A stretch of 64,000 nt of DNA from Lophium mytilinum (Eukaryota). The notes under the pieces are model-generated. The model was not told the DNA's origin and made no database searches. It saw only the letters and a program-made list of their open reading frames with translations. Each line of letters opens with the position of its first letter. The stretch's first letter is position 1. A program made the position numbers and the translations under genes. Where the stretch lies: assembly GCA_010093605.1 (NCBI GenBank), contig MU004192.1, positions 938,882 to 1,002,881 of the forward strand. Reading direction: 5' to 3'. Positions 61,535 through 64,000 of the stretch are shown piece by piece.

Positions 61535-64000
61535 TCATGATCCATCAACCCCAGTCATTGAGCTCGGAAACCGCGAGTCCCATTGCGTCCAATCCCAATT
61601 CTCTAGGAAATTCGTAAGTACGAGGCTATCCGCTGAGTCTGCCCCATGGATCGCCGCATCATACCCGCCGATTAGGTGGCCAGGTATTTCGTCAGTAGCT
61701 GGATACATGGAATGAGCTTGCGGGTATGACCCTGCTGTCGGAATTCCGCCTAGGTCGTATGGCTGTACTATAGGATCCTGATAGTTGCTAGAAGCCGCAC
61801 TGCTGAGTTGTGCAGGGGAATAATGGCTTTGGCTTTGACCTTGACTTTGAGGGTGGAAGTGGCTTTGGCTTCTCACTGGGAGAACACTTGTAGCAGCCAC
61901 GGAAGGCTCACGACTGCGCCGCAGCCGATCGAGCATGATTCCCAGCACATCCCCGGCCTTTGATGCATCCGAGGTGTATGACAACAAGGACGTGTAGATG
62001 CGATGAGACCCCTGGAGCAGCGCAAACCGCTCGTTTAACCCTTCCTCCTCCTCTTTACTCTGCTGCAATGTCCTTGAGCCCGTGTGATGCTGGAGCTCCT
62101 GATCCATATCCATGCACAGTATCATTGCAGCGAGTAGCAAGTCGTGGCTCATAAAGGACAAGGCCCGCCAGTTCGCTGTCACAGTTCCGTAGTGCTTGTA
62201 AGACACTTCGTACATGCGCTGCTGATGACGTAGGACTTCTGAGGCGGCCTTCAAGCAAGCTTGCCGCGAGCGGGCGTATTTGGGATTTGTGCGTGCGGGA
62301 ATAAGATACTTGCGATGTAAGATTATACGAGCACACTGCGCAAGAATATCAACCTCGATCAGGCGGCCGAGTGCGACCGGGGCCAGTGTGGTGTCATTGC
62401 CCGGTACGACAACCCAAGCGGGTCGTGATTCTAGCCGTGAATCCAACGCCTGGTCGAGATTAAGCACGTCGTCGAACGAGAGGTTTGCGGTACTGGAACG
62501 GTCGGTGATGCGAGTGACGATCTCTAGGAGCTTTGTCTTGTAGTTCAGAAAACCGATGTTGGTTGGTACATTGCTTGGACGGGGTATAGGCAGCTCTGTC
62601 ATTGTCGGATAGAGGTCTTCATCGAGCACGCTTACGGGTGGTGCCGTATCGGCTTGACGTTCGTCGATCTGGCGAGGGAGAGCACACTTGTGTGAGAACC
62701 AGACATCAATCTGGAATATGTGTGCCCAAAACCGTCTACGAATCTCGCCATCAAAGATAGATATGTTGGGGTAGTGACTTGGATCCCGGTGGTAGCCTGC
62801 ACGCAAAGCCAGACGCACAATCATCGCGAACACCAGCGAGGCTCGAAAATAACCGTCTACGTCCCAAAAGTGCTCGCAAGCAAGATACATCAGCTTCTGT
62901 GTGTCAGTCAAAGCCCTATGTACCAAGGTAGAAGAGTCAACATACCATAGCTTCCAACGTATATGTCGTGGGCTTGCCGTAGTCAGACGCTATCAAGCAC
63001 TGAGAGGCTCTGTTCCGGTAAATGCGGATTGTTGTCTCAGGTAGCATGATACCATCCACATTCACCCCAGTACGCAAGCCCCATTGTAGCGCTAGGCACA
63101 TTATTGCGTACAGCCGCGCCAGCCACGTTAAGGACACCGCATTAGGGTTGCTCCAGAACTCCTCACACTCCCTCAGGAGCGTTGGGACATGCATTATATG
63201 GCTTCCCGGCAAGTCCATTTCCTGCGTGAACATGTGAACCAGATGGTCGGCGACAGCCTTGGTTGGCAGGGAGCATAACAGTTCCTCGACTGTCAGAATA
63301 CTGTGGTCGCCGAAAAGGAGTTCCAGGCCGTGAGGCTCGTCGGGGTTGTCCCATCCCTCGGAGCTTTGGCTTGTATCTAGTTCATGTTTTATACTGTGAA
63401 TCTAGAGAGTGTCAGTAGATTAAGGGGACAAGTCAGAGGTATCTTGCTGCGCTCACGTCCTCGAGAATAGCCTCCCAATGCGAAGAGTCGACGAATCGAG
63501 TCTCTGGTCCATTCGCTGTAAGTTGAGGCGCAGGGTTCGCTATGTCATCTTCAATTGCCCGGCTCCTAATACCATCACCCGCATTACTCTCTGGTCCCGT
63601 GACATCTCCACTTTTTTCATGGGGTTGGGTTTCCGCCAGAGACGTGACCAGTCTTTCAAGACGACGTATTCGGCTATTAACGTTGCTGACTGATTGATTC
63701 CTATTCGATGACGAGGTACCCACAGACCCAGTCATCGTTTTCCTGTTGTTATGAACCTGTGTTACATAGACGCAGCTCCCTGGCGGCTTCTTCACGCAGT
63801 TCTTGCATGGCTGGCCGCGGTCGCATTTCAATCTATTCCCCGATTAGCGAGCTCGGGGTATCATACAGCGCGATGACTGACTTGCGGCTTCTGCACAGGG
63901 TGCAGGAGAGCTGTGGCTTGGGCCGGGAGCGCGCCTCGGACAATGGGGGTGTATTCGTTTTGCCCGATCCGGAATGATCGACCGAAGGATTGAGGTTCAT
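61535..64000 (-). CDS. Zn(II)2Cys6 transcription factor with a fungal-specific TF (middle homology) domain, 3 introns; ATG at the window edge may not be the true start
   Basis: SCTLCRSRK|LKCDRGQPCKNCVKKPPGSCVY, RIRRLERLV, SHWEAILED, RLALRAGYHRDP and EIRRRFW. Confidence 0.92.

Noticed and set aside
1..64000. tRNA, rRNA, CRISPR arrays, autonomous transposons, Starship captain recombinase
   Set aside because: None recognised by eye; a tRNAscan/Infernal/HMM search would be needed to exclude them fully.

Overview
Eukaryotic, intron-containing DNA from a filamentous ascomycete (GT..CTRAC..YAG introns of about 50-80 nt; a Dothideomycete is plausible but not provable here). Conserved housekeeping genes (DUF1992 protein, TFB1, SDS3-like, SDR, DJ-1/PfpI, LSO2/CCDC124, CDC45, SAS3, NDUFA1, Uds1-domain protein) alternate with accessory blocks. 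The accessory content includes a tandem pair of secreted Bys1-domain genes, one carrying a C-terminal cystine-knot module after a dibasic site. There is also an island holding a Pth11-like receptor, a cryptic C2H2 gene with no evident AUG and a kinase fused to a CorA-like domain. A ~14 kb gene-poor tract contains a divergent VosA-like velvet gene bracketed by two inverted copies of a TA-targeting MITE. A P450, an arylamine N-acetyltransferase, a second (young) MITE family and a Zn2Cys6 factor are also present. Several genes were rebuilt by hand from splice signals and are not visible in the ORF track. All family calls come from motif recognition; no searches were run.
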